This document shows, piece by piece, positions 37,828-47,819 of a stretch of 59,389 nucleotides of DNA (position 1 is its first letter; each line of letters starts with the position of its first letter). Below the pieces are notes generated by a model. That model was not told where the DNA came from and searched no databases. It saw nothing but the letters and a program-made list of their open reading frames with translations. Made by a program: the position numbers and the translations under genes. Origin of the DNA: an uncultured archaeon. Lineage in GTDB: Archaea; EX4484-52; JAADEF01. The stretch lies in assembly GCA_964407715.1 (NCBI GenBank), contig CAYOWP010000002.1:53838-113226 (forward strand). The letters are read 5' to 3'.

Positions 37828-39921
37828 ATGTTCAAAAAAATAAGAAAAAGAGATGGAACAATTGTTGATTTCGATGCTGAGAAAATCACAAATGCTATTG
37901 CAAAAGCAGGAGAAGCAACAGGAGAATTTGATAGGCGCATTGCTAAGAGATTAACATTAAAAGTGCTAAATTTAGCACAACAAGTTATTAAAGATGACAT
38001 TCCAAGCGTGGAGGAAATTCAAGATATTGTTGAAGAGGTCTTGTTGAATTCTCCTTATAAAAAGACGGCGAAGGCATATATAATTTATAGAGATGAGCAT
38101 GCTAAAATAAGGGAACTTGTTTCTAAGGCAAATTCAGAATTAGTTGATCAATATCTCAATAATCTTGATTGGCAAGTTAATGAAAATAGCAACATGTCTT
38201 TTTCATTACAAGGGTTAAACAATTATATTTCCTCTGAAATAAGCAAGATTTATTGGTTGAATAGAATTTATCCAAGAGAGATAAGGAGAGCACATATAAA
38301 TGGAGATTTTCATATCCATGATTTAGGTATGCTATCTGTATATTGTGTAGGATGGGATTTGATGGATCTTCTAATAGAAGGTTTTAAAGGAGCATCTGGG
38401 AAGATTGAGAGTAAACCAGCAAAACATTTCCGCAGCGCTCTTGGACAGGTGGTTAATTTCTTTTATACATTGCAAGGAGAAGCAGCGGGAGCTCAAGCAT
38501 TTTCAAATTTTGACACTTTCTTAGCTCCGTTTATAAGATATGATGGCTTATCATATAAAGAAGTAAAGCAGGCAATTCAGGAATTTATTTTTAATGTAAA
38601 TGTCCCTACACGTGTTGGTTTCCAAACACCTTTCACAAACATAACATTAGATCTTGCTCCTCCTAAACATTTAGCAAATCAACAGGTTATAATAGGAGGA
38701 AAATTGCAAGATGAAGTGTATGGAGATTTTCAACACGAAATAGATATGTTTAATCGAGCCTTTCTTGAGGTTATGATGGAAGGGGATGCAAAAGGAAGGA
38801 TATTCACCTTCCCTATCCCTACATATAACATAACAAAGGATTTTGATTGGGACAATCCTAATTTTGATTTACTTTGGAAGGTTACATCAAAGTATGGTAT
38901 TCCATACTTCTCAAATTTCATTAATTCTGATATGGATCCAGCGGATGTGAGATCAATGTGCTGTAGATTAAGATTAGATAATAGAGAGCTTAGAAGAAAG
39001 GGAGGAGGTTTATTTGGGGCAAATCCATTAACTGGGAGTATTGGTGTAGTAACAATAAATATGCCAAGAATAGGATATCTCTCTAAGGATGAAACTGAAT
39101 TTTTAGAGAGATTGGAAGCATTAATGATATTAGCAAAAAACAGTTTAGAGATTAAAAGGAAGGTATTGGAAAAATTTACAGATAAAGGGTTATATCCTTA
39201 CACAAGATATTATTTGAGAAACATTAAACAAAGCCTAGGAGAATACTGGAAAAATCACTTCTCTACAATTGGTTTGGTAGGGATGAACGAGGCATGTCTA
39301 AATCTTTTAGGAGTGACTATAGGGGATAAAGAAGGCAGAAAGTTTGCAATTAAAGTTTTAGATTTTATGAGAGAAAAGCTTATTGAGTTTCAAGAGGAGA
39401 CAGGGAATAATTATAATTTGGAAGCAACACCAGCTGAAAGTACAAGTTATAGATTGGCAATGATTGATAAAAGAAAATATCCTGATATTATATGCGCAAA
39501 TGAGGAAGGGTATAGAAAAGGTGCTGAACCATTTTACACAAATTCTACGCAATTACCAGTGAATTTTACTGATGATATTTTTGAGGCATTGGATTTACAA
39601 GATGAATTGCAGATAAGGTATACAGGAGGCACAGTATTCCATATCTATATAGGAGAAAAGATAGATAACCCGAATATAATAAAATTATTAGTAAAGAAAA
39701 TATGTGAAAACTATCGATTGCCATATTTTACAATAACACCTACATTTAGCATATGTCCATTTCATGGATATATTGCTGGAGAACATCATCTCTGCCCTGT
39801 TTGTGGCTCAGAATGCGAGGTATATTCCCGTATAGTGGGCTATTTCAGACCCGTAAAGCAATGGAATAAAGGTAAAAGAGAAGAATTTAAGATGAGAAGT
39901 AGTTTTAAGGTGAGTGTGTGA
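37828..39921 (+). CDS. nrdD: anaerobic ribonucleoside-triphosphate reductase (class III)
   Basis: N-terminal ATP-cone (MFKKIRKRDGTIVDFDAEKITNAI), large barrel domain, C-terminal Zn ribbon CPVCG and glycyl-radical motif (RIVGYF). Start placed at the internal Met preceding the ATP-cone. Confidence 0.85.
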   Translation: MFKKIRKRDGTIVDFDAEKITNAIAKAGEATGEFDRRIAKRLTLKVLNLAQQVIKDDIPSVEEIQDIVEEVLLNSPYKKTAKAYIIYRDEHAKIRELVSKANSELVDQYLNNLDWQVNENSNMSFSLQGLNNYISSEISKIYWLNRIYPREIRRAHINGDFHIHDLGMLSVYCVGWDLMDLLIEGFKGASGKIESKPAKHFRSALGQVVNFFYTLQGEAAGAQAFSNFDTFLAPFIRYDGLSYKEVKQAIQEFIFNVNVPTRVGFQTPFTNITLDLAPPKHLANQQVIIGGKLQDEVYGDFQHEIDMFNRAFLEVMMEGDAKGRIFTFPIPTYNITKDFDWDNPNFDLLWKVTSKYGIPYFSNFINSDMDPADVRSMCCRLRLDNRELRRKGGGLFGANPLTGSIGVVTINMPRIGYLSKDETEFLERLEALMILAKNSLEIKRKVLEKFTDKGLYPYTRYYLRNIKQSLGEYWKNHFSTIGLVGMNEACLNLLGVTIGDKEGRKFAIKVLDFMREKLIEFQEETGNNYNLEATPAESTSYRLAMIDKRKYPDIICANEEGYRKGAEPFYTNSTQLPVNFTDDIFEALDLQDELQIRYTGGTVFHIYIGEKIDNPNIIKLLVKKICENYRLPYFTITPTFSICPFHGYIAGEHHLCPVCGSECEVYSRIVGYFRPVKQWNKGKREEFKMRSSFKVSV

Positions 39922-40607
39922 GAATTGGAGGACTTCAAAAGGTTTCTTTTATTGATTATCCTGGTAAGATTAGTGCTATTATTTTTACACAAGGATGTAA
40001 TTTTAGATGTCCTTATTGTCATAATCCAGAATTGGTTGATTCATCTTTATTTGATGAGCCTTTGGATATAGAAGAAATCTTCTCTTTTTTAAAATCAAGA
40101 AAGGGAAAAATAGATGGAGTAGTAATCACAGGAGGAGAGCCAACAATACAACCTGATCTCAAGGAATTTATAAAGGAAATAAAGCAAATGGGATTCTTCG
40201 TGAAATTAGATACCAATGGAACAAATCCAGATGTTGTCCGTGAGTTATTAAGAGATAGAATGATAGATTATATTGCAATGGATATAAAAGCGCCTTTAGA
40301 AAAATACAAAGATGTTGTTAGAGTTAATCTTAACATTGATGATATAAAAGAAAGCATCTCTTTAATTATGTCTTCCTCTATTGATTATGAATTTAGAACA
40401 ACTATATGCAAAAAACTACTTGATAAAGATGATATCATCAGAATTGCAAAGCAGATTAAAGGAGCTAAACTTTATGTTTTACAAAAATTTGTAAAATCTA
40501 AGACATTAGATCCTTTTTTTGATGATGAAATTCCTTATTCTGATGAGGAATTATTAGAACTAAAAAAAGAGATTGAGAGATATGTTAACAAGTGTGCTAT
40601 TCGTTGA
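39918..40607 (+). CDS. nrdG: anaerobic RNR activating enzyme (radical SAM)
   Basis: CNFRCPYCHN (CX3CX2C) near the N-terminus. Overlaps nrdD by 4 nt. Confidence 0.8.
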   Translation: MRIGGLQKVSFIDYPGKISAIIFTQGCNFRCPYCHNPELVDSSLFDEPLDIEEIFSFLKSRKGKIDGVVITGGEPTIQPDLKEFIKEIKQMGFFVKLDTNGTNPDVVRELLRDRMIDYIAMDIKAPLEKYKDVVRVNLNIDDIKESISLIMSSSIDYEFRTTICKKLLDKDDIIRIAKQIKGAKLYVLQKFVKSKTLDPFFDDEIPYSDEELLELKKEIERYVNKCAIR

Positions 40608-40658
40608 TACAATGATATATCTTTAAAAATTTTACTAAATTCTTATTATAAGTAATAT

Positions 40659-41369
40659 ATGGATATTGAATTGGAAGATATGATAATAAATAATGATAGA
40701 TATAATATAAGGAATAAAAATGAAAAAAAGCTTTTTGATGTATATAGAAGATGGGCTATGAATTTTTATTCTAAGATTTATGGGGATCCAATCTATTTAA
40801 CTCAAGAGGAACTTAAAACAATATTCAAAAAAACACTCAATACAGTATTGAACTTCTCAAAAGAGGTTTATAAAAAGTTAGATAGTAGGGTAATTTATGA
40901 TATAGGATGTGGTAGCGGTATCGCTGAATTCTATGTGAATTATATAAATAGAAAGAAATTCAATAACGAACTTCTCATTATTGGAATAGATAATGAATTA
41001 TATAATGAAGGAATATCAGAACTTAAACAAAAGTTTAATGTTCAAAATAATTACTTCTTAAAAATCTCTAATCTTGAGAGTTTCTTTTATCAACTTAAGA
41101 AGTATGGGGGAGAGATGGTTGGGTTCTCAAGTAATTTTGGAGACCCTCTTTATCTTACTAATATGATTTTTTCATCAAAAATTTTCTCACATTTCCTTTA
41201 TTTTGATATAAATACATACGTTGATCCATCAAAAATAAGGGACATTTCAAAAATATCCAAAGAAAATAAAGAATATGAGATAAAAATTATATGCGATGCA
41301 TCTGGACATCCAAAGAGCATTCCTCTCATAGGAGATTTATATATCTATCTTGAGAAGAAAAAGAGATAA
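40659..41369 (+). CDS. class I SAM-dependent methyltransferase-like protein
   Basis: Motif I-like DIGCGSGIAEF. Otherwise unrecognised. Confidence 0.35.
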   Translation: MDIELEDMIINNDRYNIRNKNEKKLFDVYRRWAMNFYSKIYGDPIYLTQEELKTIFKKTLNTVLNFSKEVYKKLDSRVIYDIGCGSGIAEFYVNYINRKKFNNELLIIGIDNELYNEGISELKQKFNVQNNYFLKISNLESFFYQLKKYGGEMVGFSSNFGDPLYLTNMIFSSKIFSHFLYFDINTYVDPSKIRDISKISKENKEYEIKIICDASGHPKSIPLIGDLYIYLEKKKR

Positions 41370-41374
41370 AGAGA

Positions 41375-42091
41375 TTAATATGCCTCAAACAATATATTTT
41401 CCTTATTTATTCCTCTTTCTATAAGTTTTGAATTTACATCTTGAACCATTGCAGGCATTCCACAAAGAAAGTATGTTCTATCATTTGATATCAATTTTCT
41501 ATTATCATCAAATAAGATATCTTGCACATGACCTTTATAAAAATCTTTATATTCTCTCTCATCCCTACTCAATATCGAATAATACTCAAAATTTTTTATC
41601 TCATTAGAAAGTTTTAAGAAGAGATCATGATATGCTACATCCTCCCTATATTTATTTCCATAAATCAAAACAATAGAATTGTACTTTCCTGTTTCTGCTA
41701 ACTCAAGTATCATGCTTCTAAAAGGAGTAATGCCAGAACCTGCTGCTATAAATACAAAATCTCTTGTTGGAGCATTATCTAATATCATATGCCCTTTACT
41801 TTGGCTTATCTCTACTTCCTCTCCAACTTTTAGTTTCTCATATACATAACTTGACACCTTCCCATTTTGCTTTCTTTTTATTCCAAATTCTAATATTCCT
41901 TCTTTTCTTACTAATGATGGGGGAGATGCAAAAGAATATGCCCTTGTTTCCTTTTCACCATTAATAAAGAATGATAGTAAAGCGAACTGACCTGCCTTGA
42001 AATCATAGCTTTCTTGTACCTTAATTCTTAGATGGCAAAAATCTCTTGCAATAATTTCCTTACTTATTACTTTACCTTTTATTGTTTCCAT
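41375..42091 (-). CDS. FNR-like FAD/NAD(P)-binding oxidoreductase (PyrK/sulfide-dehydrogenase-like two-domain reductase, without C-terminal Fe-S cysteines)
   Basis: FAD-binding RAYSFAS (RxYS), NAD-binding FIAAGSGITPF, C-terminal CGMPAMV. Confidence 0.55.
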   Translation of the reverse strand: METIKGKVISKEIIARDFCHLRIKVQESYDFKAGQFALLSFFINGEKETRAYSFASPPSLVRKEGILEFGIKRKQNGKVSSYVYEKLKVGEEVEISQSKGHMILDNAPTRDFVFIAAGSGITPFRSMILELAETGKYNSIVLIYGNKYREDVAYHDLFLKLSNEIKNFEYYSILSRDEREYKDFYKGHVQDILFDDNRKLISNDRTYFLCGMPAMVQDVNSKLIERGINKENILFEAY

Positions 42092-42102
42092 TTCAATCGC
42101 CT

Positions 42103-42711
42103 CTATTTGAAATCCATGCTTATTCTGCTTGGAGTTGCGCCATCTTCGTGAATATATTTGCTATTTTTCTTTTTATCATAAGGTATACTTGCAGGTGAGC
42201 ACATTTTTTCAAATACCAATTGGCATATTCTCATATTAGGATAGACCTTTATTGGAAGCTTTCCAACATTCCCTATCTCTAATGTTAACTTTCCCTTAAA
42301 ACCAGGATCAACATATCCCGCTGTCGCATGAATTATTAATCCCAATCTTCCCAAACTACTTCTTCCTTCTAATCTTCCAACAATGTCATGGGGAATTTCA
42401 ACCCTCTCTAAGGTTGAAGCTAATATGAACTCTCCAGGATGAATAACAAAAGAATCAACGTTCTCATAAAGTATGCTGTTCTCATATTCCCTAACCCTTA
42501 TTTTACCTATGTTATATGTTACCAATTCCTTATCATCAAAATTTTTTGTATCAATATATTCAATAGCACTTTGTTTAAATACCCTAAACTTGTTATCTAA
42601 TCTTAAATCAATAGAACTTGGACCAAGTTGTTCCTCTATATTTATAGGCTCAACAATAATCTTTTTTTGCTCTAACATCTCTTTTATTTCTCTATCTGAG
42701 AGGATGCACAT
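42103..42711 (-). CDS. dcd: dCTP deaminase (possibly bifunctional dCTP deaminase/dUTPase)
   Basis: N-terminal MCILSDREI and dUTPase-fold blocks (IDLRL, GRSSLGRLGL, GYVDPGFKG). 202 aa. Confidence 0.8.
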   Translation of the reverse strand: MCILSDREIKEMLEQKKIIVEPINIEEQLGPSSIDLRLDNKFRVFKQSAIEYIDTKNFDDKELVTYNIGKIRVREYENSILYENVDSFVIHPGEFILASTLERVEIPHDIVGRLEGRSSLGRLGLIIHATAGYVDPGFKGKLTLEIGNVGKLPIKVYPNMRICQLVFEKMCSPASIPYDKKKNSKYIHEDGATPSRISMDFK

Positions 42712-43902
42712 TTATATCCCCCAATCAAAGAAAGATTTTCTTTTTTCTTCTCCAAAGTAATCTTCCCATTCCTTATCTTTCTTTATTCTATTCCAAAAAT
42801 CTTTTAATTTCTTTTCAGTTTTATCTATTGTGCTTTTTGTATTTCCAATGCCACATGTATTTCCAACTCCTATTATCAATACTTTCTCAGATTTCTCCAC
42901 GACCTCTTCCAACATCTTTTCTAAAACTTTTATAGCATTATCTTTAGCATTATATATTTCTTTTTTCATAGGTATTGATGCCTCCTCAGACGACATCTTT
43001 ATAATGATACCATCCAGAGGTATATTATATTTTACTGCCAATTCCTCTATTTGATGTCTCTCAACACCAATACCTCCCATCATAACCCCAACCCCTTCAA
43101 CTACACTGCCTGTTTTTTCTCCTTCTAATTTTGCTGCAGCATCTATTGTTATGATATGATTTATCTTGTATTTCTTTATGGCTTTCTCTACACCTTCCCC
43201 TACTTTACCTAACTCAGCACCAGGCCCTTTTGCTTTCATTACATATACGCTTCTTTTCCCTATTTTCTCTTTACTAATTACAACGCCTTTTGCTATTTCT
43301 TTACCTTCTCTTGTTTTTATTTGGGCAGCAATTAGAGGTCCAATTCCATCACCAACAGGGATATTGTTTGCGAATGATTCAACTGCCCTCGCATTTGCTT
43401 TTGCGATTTTTGTTATCATTGGCATTGTCATTTGAAGAATCAATGCTAATTGTATGTTATTTGTTTTTTTAATCAATATTATGTAATGTTTCAAAGTTTT
43501 ATAAAGCTGATTAAGCCCTGTTGTGCCTATTAATGCGTACTTCATATCTTTTTTATGCTCCTCGCCTTCCCCTCTCATAAATTTATTTATGAAATAATCA
43601 AATCTTTGCTCATATCTGTTAAGGATATGCTCAATTTTTTTCACAAGATTTATTGGCTCTATATCAACTGGAAATGCAACTACAAAATCCAAGAAATTAT
43701 TTATTAACTGTTTTGTTTTTTTATCTTTTGTTTTGAAGTGCTTAAAAAGAATCCTTTTTGATTTGTTCAAATAATTTTCTATTTCTCTTAAATCGCTTTC
43801 CAATTTCCATGTGATTTGCATCATATATAACTTTGGATATAAAAAGAAAAAAAGTATAAAAATTAACCAACCTATCCAATTATCAAATAAAAGTTCCTTC
43901 AC
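42712..43902 (-). CDS. membrane-anchored conserved hypothetical protein (possibly the archaeal DUF1512-like family)
   Basis: N-terminal TM (WIGWLIFILFFFLY), glycine-rich blocks VGDGIGP and GVMMGGIGV. Family name is a recollection, not verified. Confidence 0.3.
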   Translation of the reverse strand: MKELLFDNWIGWLIFILFFFLYPKLYMMQITWKLESDLREIENYLNKSKRILFKHFKTKDKKTKQLINNFLDFVVAFPVDIEPINLVKKIEHILNRYEQRFDYFINKFMRGEGEEHKKDMKYALIGTTGLNQLYKTLKHYIILIKKTNNIQLALILQMTMPMITKIAKANARAVESFANNIPVGDGIGPLIAAQIKTREGKEIAKGVVISKEKIGKRSVYVMKAKGPGAELGKVGEGVEKAIKKYKINHIITIDAAAKLEGEKTGSVVEGVGVMMGGIGVERHQIEELAVKYNIPLDGIIIKMSSEEASIPMKKEIYNAKDNAIKVLEKMLEEVVEKSEKVLIIGVGNTCGIGNTKSTIDKTEKKLKDFWNRIKKDKEWEDYFGEEKRKSFFDWGI

Positions 43903-43906
43903 CTTA

Positions 43907-44398
43907 TCACCTTTTTATAAATCTTGGAATTTGAAGAATTGGCGGTAAAGATAGAACTTCTGTTAAATACATGAATTTTGGAATTCCTCTTTTTATTATG
44001 GCATTGAGTATCTCTACTTCTTTTCCTTTTAAATTCCCCTCTTTTTTCCAATTTTTTTCCAAATCCCTTGCTTCTTTTTCATCTTTTGTCGCATACAAAA
44101 TATCGCCATTCATGCTCAATAATGCAACTTCATTATTATTTTGAATATATCTTATCATAAAAGAATATTTTATATTTAACGCAGATATCTTAATTTCTTT
44201 TTCCAATAATGAATTAATTATCTTTGTTTCTTTAACATCTTCTATTTTTGGATTGTGCTCTATTTTTACTTTTCCAATTATAGGTTTTTTAACCTCTCCT
44301 TTTATCTCCTTAATTGTTATTCCTACTATAGACATATTTTCACCCTTATAGAAAAATTTCATTATTAAATATTTAAAAGTTTTACTATAATGTAGCAT
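43907..44398 (-). CDS. hypothetical protein
   Basis: 163-aa ORF. The likely start is the internal MSIVGITIKE. No motifs. Confidence 0.3.
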   Translation of the reverse strand: MLHYSKTFKYLIMKFFYKGENMSIVGITIKEIKGEVKKPIIGKVKIEHNPKIEDVKETKIINSLLEKEIKISALNIKYSFMIRYIQNNNEVALLSMNGDILYATKDEKEARDLEKNWKKEGNLKGKEVEILNAIIKRGIPKFMYLTEVLSLPPILQIPRFIKR

Positions 44399-44900
44399 GC
44401 TAACTTTAAAGAGAGGTTAACTGCTTCAATGTGCTTCATTAAGAGCATATTTTTCCCTTAACCAATTTTTATTTAAAAAATTTTGGTTAAGGGAAAGCAT
44501 AACCCCTTCTCGAGGCATATCACAGCAGGTAATCTCTCCGAGCGTTTAGGAAGCAGCTAACCTTTCTTCAGGTTAGCATGCTGTAATATGGTCGCGAATA
44601 TGATATCATCCCGTTAACCATATTATTCAAAATTAAATAAAATTTGGTTAAGGGGAACTATGCCTTACATCTATACCTTCATTGCAGCAGTTAACCTGAA
44701 GAAAGGTTACCTGCTCAAATGTGTTTTTGAGATGGTATGTTTCCCCTTAACCATTTTTATTCAAAATAATTGGTTAACGAGCAGAAATCGCTTTTCTAAA
44801 GCATACTGTAGCATGATAATCTTCTTTTTAGGTTATCTGCTTCTAATGTGTTTTCTTGGTTATGTGTATTTTCCTTTAACAAAATTATTTAAAATGCGAG
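44395..44900. repeat. dispersed repeat family, locus E: ~500-bp tandem array of at least five degenerate core copies, no TIRs
   Basis: Successive units beginning GGTTAACTGCTTCAATGTGCTTCATTAAGAG..., TTGGTTAAGGGAAAGCATAACCCC..., AGCAGCTAACCTTTCTTCAGGTTAGCATGCTGTAATATGG...CCGTTAACC, TTGGTTAAGGGGAACTATGCC...GTTTCCCCTTAACC, TTGGTTAACGAGCAGAAATCGC...TTTCCTTTAAC. All are recognisably related to the cores at loci B, C and F. Confidence 0.7.
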
Positions 44901-44956
44901 AAAATTGCTTTTTAAGTTAAAAATTATATTAATCTTCTTCGATATAAATAATATTT

Positions 44957-45634
44957 ATGGTTGAGAAGATACCTACAGGGATTCCTGGTCTGGATGAATT
45001 GCTATATGGAGGAATACCAAAAGGTAGCGTAGTCTTGGTTTCTGGAGTGGCGGGATCAGGTAAAACTACTTTTCTATCTCAATTCTGTTGGTATGGGCTT
45101 GTAAGAGGAGAAAGATGTCTTTTCATAACCTTAGAAGAGATGCCGGAAGAGATAAAAGATGACATGTTACAATATGGATGGGATTTCAAAAGATACGAGT
45201 CAGAAGGAACATTTAGAATTGAATATTTTGATCCATTTGAGTTAAGTGATATGAGCCACAGATTAAATGATCTCATTGAAGTTAATAAGTTTGATAGGGT
45301 TGTAATAGATTCTTTATCTTTATTAGGAATGTATATAAAAGATGAGTTTGAAATAAGAAAAAAACTCTTTAAAATAATTCAGAATATAAAGAAATCAGGA
45401 GCAACTGCTTTACTTTCTGGTGAAATTCCTGAACATGAACCAAACAAGCTATCAAGATATGGTGTAGAGGAATTTGTTGTTGATGGAGTAATCGTGCTAT
45501 ATTATCATAGGATGAGTGATGGCAATTTTGGGAATATAGAGATTAGAAAGATGAGAAGGACAAAACATGCTCACGGAACATTTCCAACTTTTATAACCAA
45601 CAAAGGATACGAGGTGAGTACAGAAAAAATATAA
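44957..45634 (+). CDS. single-domain KaiC/RecA-superfamily ATPase (ArlH/FlaH-like)
   Basis: GIPGLDELLYGGIPKGSVVLVSGVAGSGKTTF (KaiC-type Walker A context), Walker B VVIDSLS. 225 aa. Confidence 0.65.
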   Translation: MVEKIPTGIPGLDELLYGGIPKGSVVLVSGVAGSGKTTFLSQFCWYGLVRGERCLFITLEEMPEEIKDDMLQYGWDFKRYESEGTFRIEYFDPFELSDMSHRLNDLIEVNKFDRVVIDSLSLLGMYIKDEFEIRKKLFKIIQNIKKSGATALLSGEIPEHEPNKLSRYGVEEFVVDGVIVLYYHRMSDGNFGNIEIRKMRRTKHAHGTFPTFITNKGYEVSTEKI

Positions 45635-45728
45635 AAGTATAGTGATATATAAAATATATTGAGACACCATAAAGTATATATAATACTAAGGAACAATAAT
45701 TAATTATAATATTTTGGAGGGTTATAAT

Positions 45729-46250
45729 ATGAGCGAGAAAAAAAGTATGGAGGACATGCTAAAAGAATTAGAAAAACTTGCAGGAGAAATAGAAACAAAA
45801 AAGAAAACTTCTTCTAAAAGAAAAAAATCTTCTTCAAAACAGAAAGAGATAAAAGATGAGAAAATAAAGGAAGATTTAAATAAAGTAAAGGAGATAAAGA
45901 AATCTTTGGAAGTTTTGGAAAAAGAGGTGTTTGTCAAGATAAATGATCCTGAGAAGATAATTAATAATCTTTTAGAGAGCAAAAAGAGGGTAAAAGACAT
46001 CACTACAAGTCTAATGGCTTTGATTAAGCTTAGCAAATTAAGAGAGGAAATCATTGAAAGATTAAATAAAGATATTTCAGCTTTAAGAGAATTATCAAAG
46101 GAGATAGAGCATGAACTCAATTTAGATGAATATACCAAAACATTAGGAAAAGAGATTGGTAAAATAGATGAGGACATCATTACTCAATACATCGATACTA
46201 TTGAAGAAGACATAGAGGAGATAAGGAGATACATGGGAATAGCAAAATGA
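45729..46250 (+). CDS. acidic/basic coiled-coil protein
   Basis: ~175 aa, K/E-rich heptad pattern, no TM. Start taken at MSEKKSMEDM. Confidence 0.4.
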   Translation: MSEKKSMEDMLKELEKLAGEIETKKKTSSKRKKSSSKQKEIKDEKIKEDLNKVKEIKKSLEVLEKEVFVKINDPEKIINNLLESKKRVKDITTSLMALIKLSKLREEIIERLNKDISALRELSKEIEHELNLDEYTKTLGKEIGKIDEDIITQYIDTIEEDIEEIRRYMGIAK

Positions 46251-46294
46251 TACTTTTATGATAAGAGATATTTGTTAAAGCAGAGGTGATTTAG

Positions 46295-46783
46295 ATGAAA
46301 TTAAAAATAAAGGCTCAGAGTGCCACAGAATATTTGATGACATATGGTTGGGCGCTTTTAGCTATTGCAATTGTTGGTGGATTATTGTATATGTATGTGT
46401 TTAGCAACAAGGAGTGTACAGAGGTAACAAAAGGATGGTCCCAGCAAGGTGTTGTAATCGTGCCAAATGAATACCAAGTGATGACGGATGGAAACATTAG
46501 TATGATAGTAAAAAACAATTTAGATAAGACAGTATATATAACCAAAATAGAAGTTGATGGTAATGTATGTGATCTTTCAACAACTAAGATTACTTTGGCA
46601 CCAGGAGAGCAAATTCAAATCTCTACAACAGGTACATCATGTGATAGTGGAACTGTAAAGGCAAATCCAAGAAATGAAAATGCATGCGAGCAGATAAATA
46701 TCAAATTCACATATGATGTTGAAGGAGGTTTATCAAATAAGATTTCTAGTGGTAGCATTATAGCAAGAATTGTGGCACCTTAA
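46295..46783 (+). CDS. type IV pilin-like protein with archaeal class III signal peptide (DUF361-like)
   Basis: N-terminus MKLKIKA|QSATEYLMTYGWALLAIAIVGGLLY: basic residues, Ala at -1, Gln at +1, Glu at +5, then a ~20-aa hydrophobic helix. A Cys-containing beta-rich globular domain follows. Confidence 0.55.
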   Translation: MKLKIKAQSATEYLMTYGWALLAIAIVGGLLYMYVFSNKECTEVTKGWSQQGVVIVPNEYQVMTDGNISMIVKNNLDKTVYITKIEVDGNVCDLSTTKITLAPGEQIQISTTGTSCDSGTVKANPRNENACEQINIKFTYDVEGGLSNKISSGSIIARIVAP

Positions 46784-46785
46784 AA

Positions 46786-47766
46786 TTAGAGTATTTTTTC
46801 TATTATTGAGCACAAATTCCTTGCCTTTTTTTCTTTTCTTATTAGATATGTGCTCTCTAATCTAATACCAAATTTTCCTTTAAAGTATACTGCAGGTTCA
46901 AGCGCGACAATCATGTTCTTTTTAAGTATTTCATTCTCATTAAAATTTGGTGATTCATGAATCTCTATCCCTACACCATGTCCAAGCATATGATATCTAC
47001 TAAAAATTCCTTTTTTATATTTCCTCAGACAATCCTCTGCAATCTTTTTAAGCTCCTGAACATCCATTCCTTCTTTTGCATAATCTTCTAAAATACCTAA
47101 GGTATAGTACACATCTTCAAATACCTCTCTATATATATTTTTTCTTGGAATTGTTATTGTAATGTCTGAGCAATAACCATTAAATTGGGAGCCAAAATCT
47201 ATCATAACTATATCCTTAGCTATGTATTTTTTTGGTATATGATGTATTGATGATGTATTTTTCCCATAACTTACAATAGTAGGAAAGGCGGCTCTTGCAT
47301 TATAGTCTATTATTCCTTTCTCAATTTCTTTGGCTAAATCTGTCTCGTTTATATCAAAGATTCTTTTAGAGATTATTTTTTCATAAACTCTCTCATTTAT
47401 TTTGCATGCTTTTTTTATATTTTCAATCTCATCTTTTGTTTTTACTTCTCTTTTTTTATCAATTTCTTTGCTTATATCTATTATCCTAAATTTCTTTCTT
47501 ATTTGTTTTATTTGAGCATGGTAGAGGTCATTTAAATATACACCCACCTTAACTTTATTTTTTATTATATCATTTACATCTTTAATTTCTCTATCTGAGA
47601 TTATCCAAAACCGTACATCATCTTTATTTCTCTCTTTATCTTTTATTAAATAATATGCAATTTTTTGATATGGAAAAACAATTAAAGTGTCTATTTTATT
47701 TTTAGAGAATATCTCTCTTATTATCTCTATCTTGCTTGATTTTAATATTTTACTTAGATTGGACAT
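46786..47766 (-). CDS. M24-family metallopeptidase (Xaa-Pro aminopeptidase/prolidase-like)
   Basis: Pita-bread fold metal ligands: DIVMIDFGSQFNGYCSDITIT (Asp-Asp), HGVGIEIHE (His, Glu), and a C-terminal Glu. 326 aa. Confidence 0.65.
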   Translation of the reverse strand: MSNLSKILKSSKIEIIREIFSKNKIDTLIVFPYQKIAYYLIKDKERNKDDVRFWIISDREIKDVNDIIKNKVKVGVYLNDLYHAQIKQIRKKFRIIDISKEIDKKREVKTKDEIENIKKACKINERVYEKIISKRIFDINETDLAKEIEKGIIDYNARAAFPTIVSYGKNTSSIHHIPKKYIAKDIVMIDFGSQFNGYCSDITITIPRKNIYREVFEDVYYTLGILEDYAKEGMDVQELKKIAEDCLRKYKKGIFSRYHMLGHGVGIEIHESPNFNENEILKKNMIVALEPAVYFKGKFGIRLESTYLIRKEKKARNLCSIIEKIL

Positions 47767-47819
47767 AAAAAGAAAAAAGAATAAAAATAAATTAAAAAAG
47801 TTATTTTAGTGCGTCAGGG

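Noticed and set aside
44395-44900. Possibility that the tandem repeat array is a CRISPR locus
   Set aside because: The units are 80-110 nt, mutually diverged and contiguous, without constant-length unique spacers. No cas genes occur anywhere in the window. The units are homologous to the dispersed TIR-bounded element, not to a CRISPR repeat.
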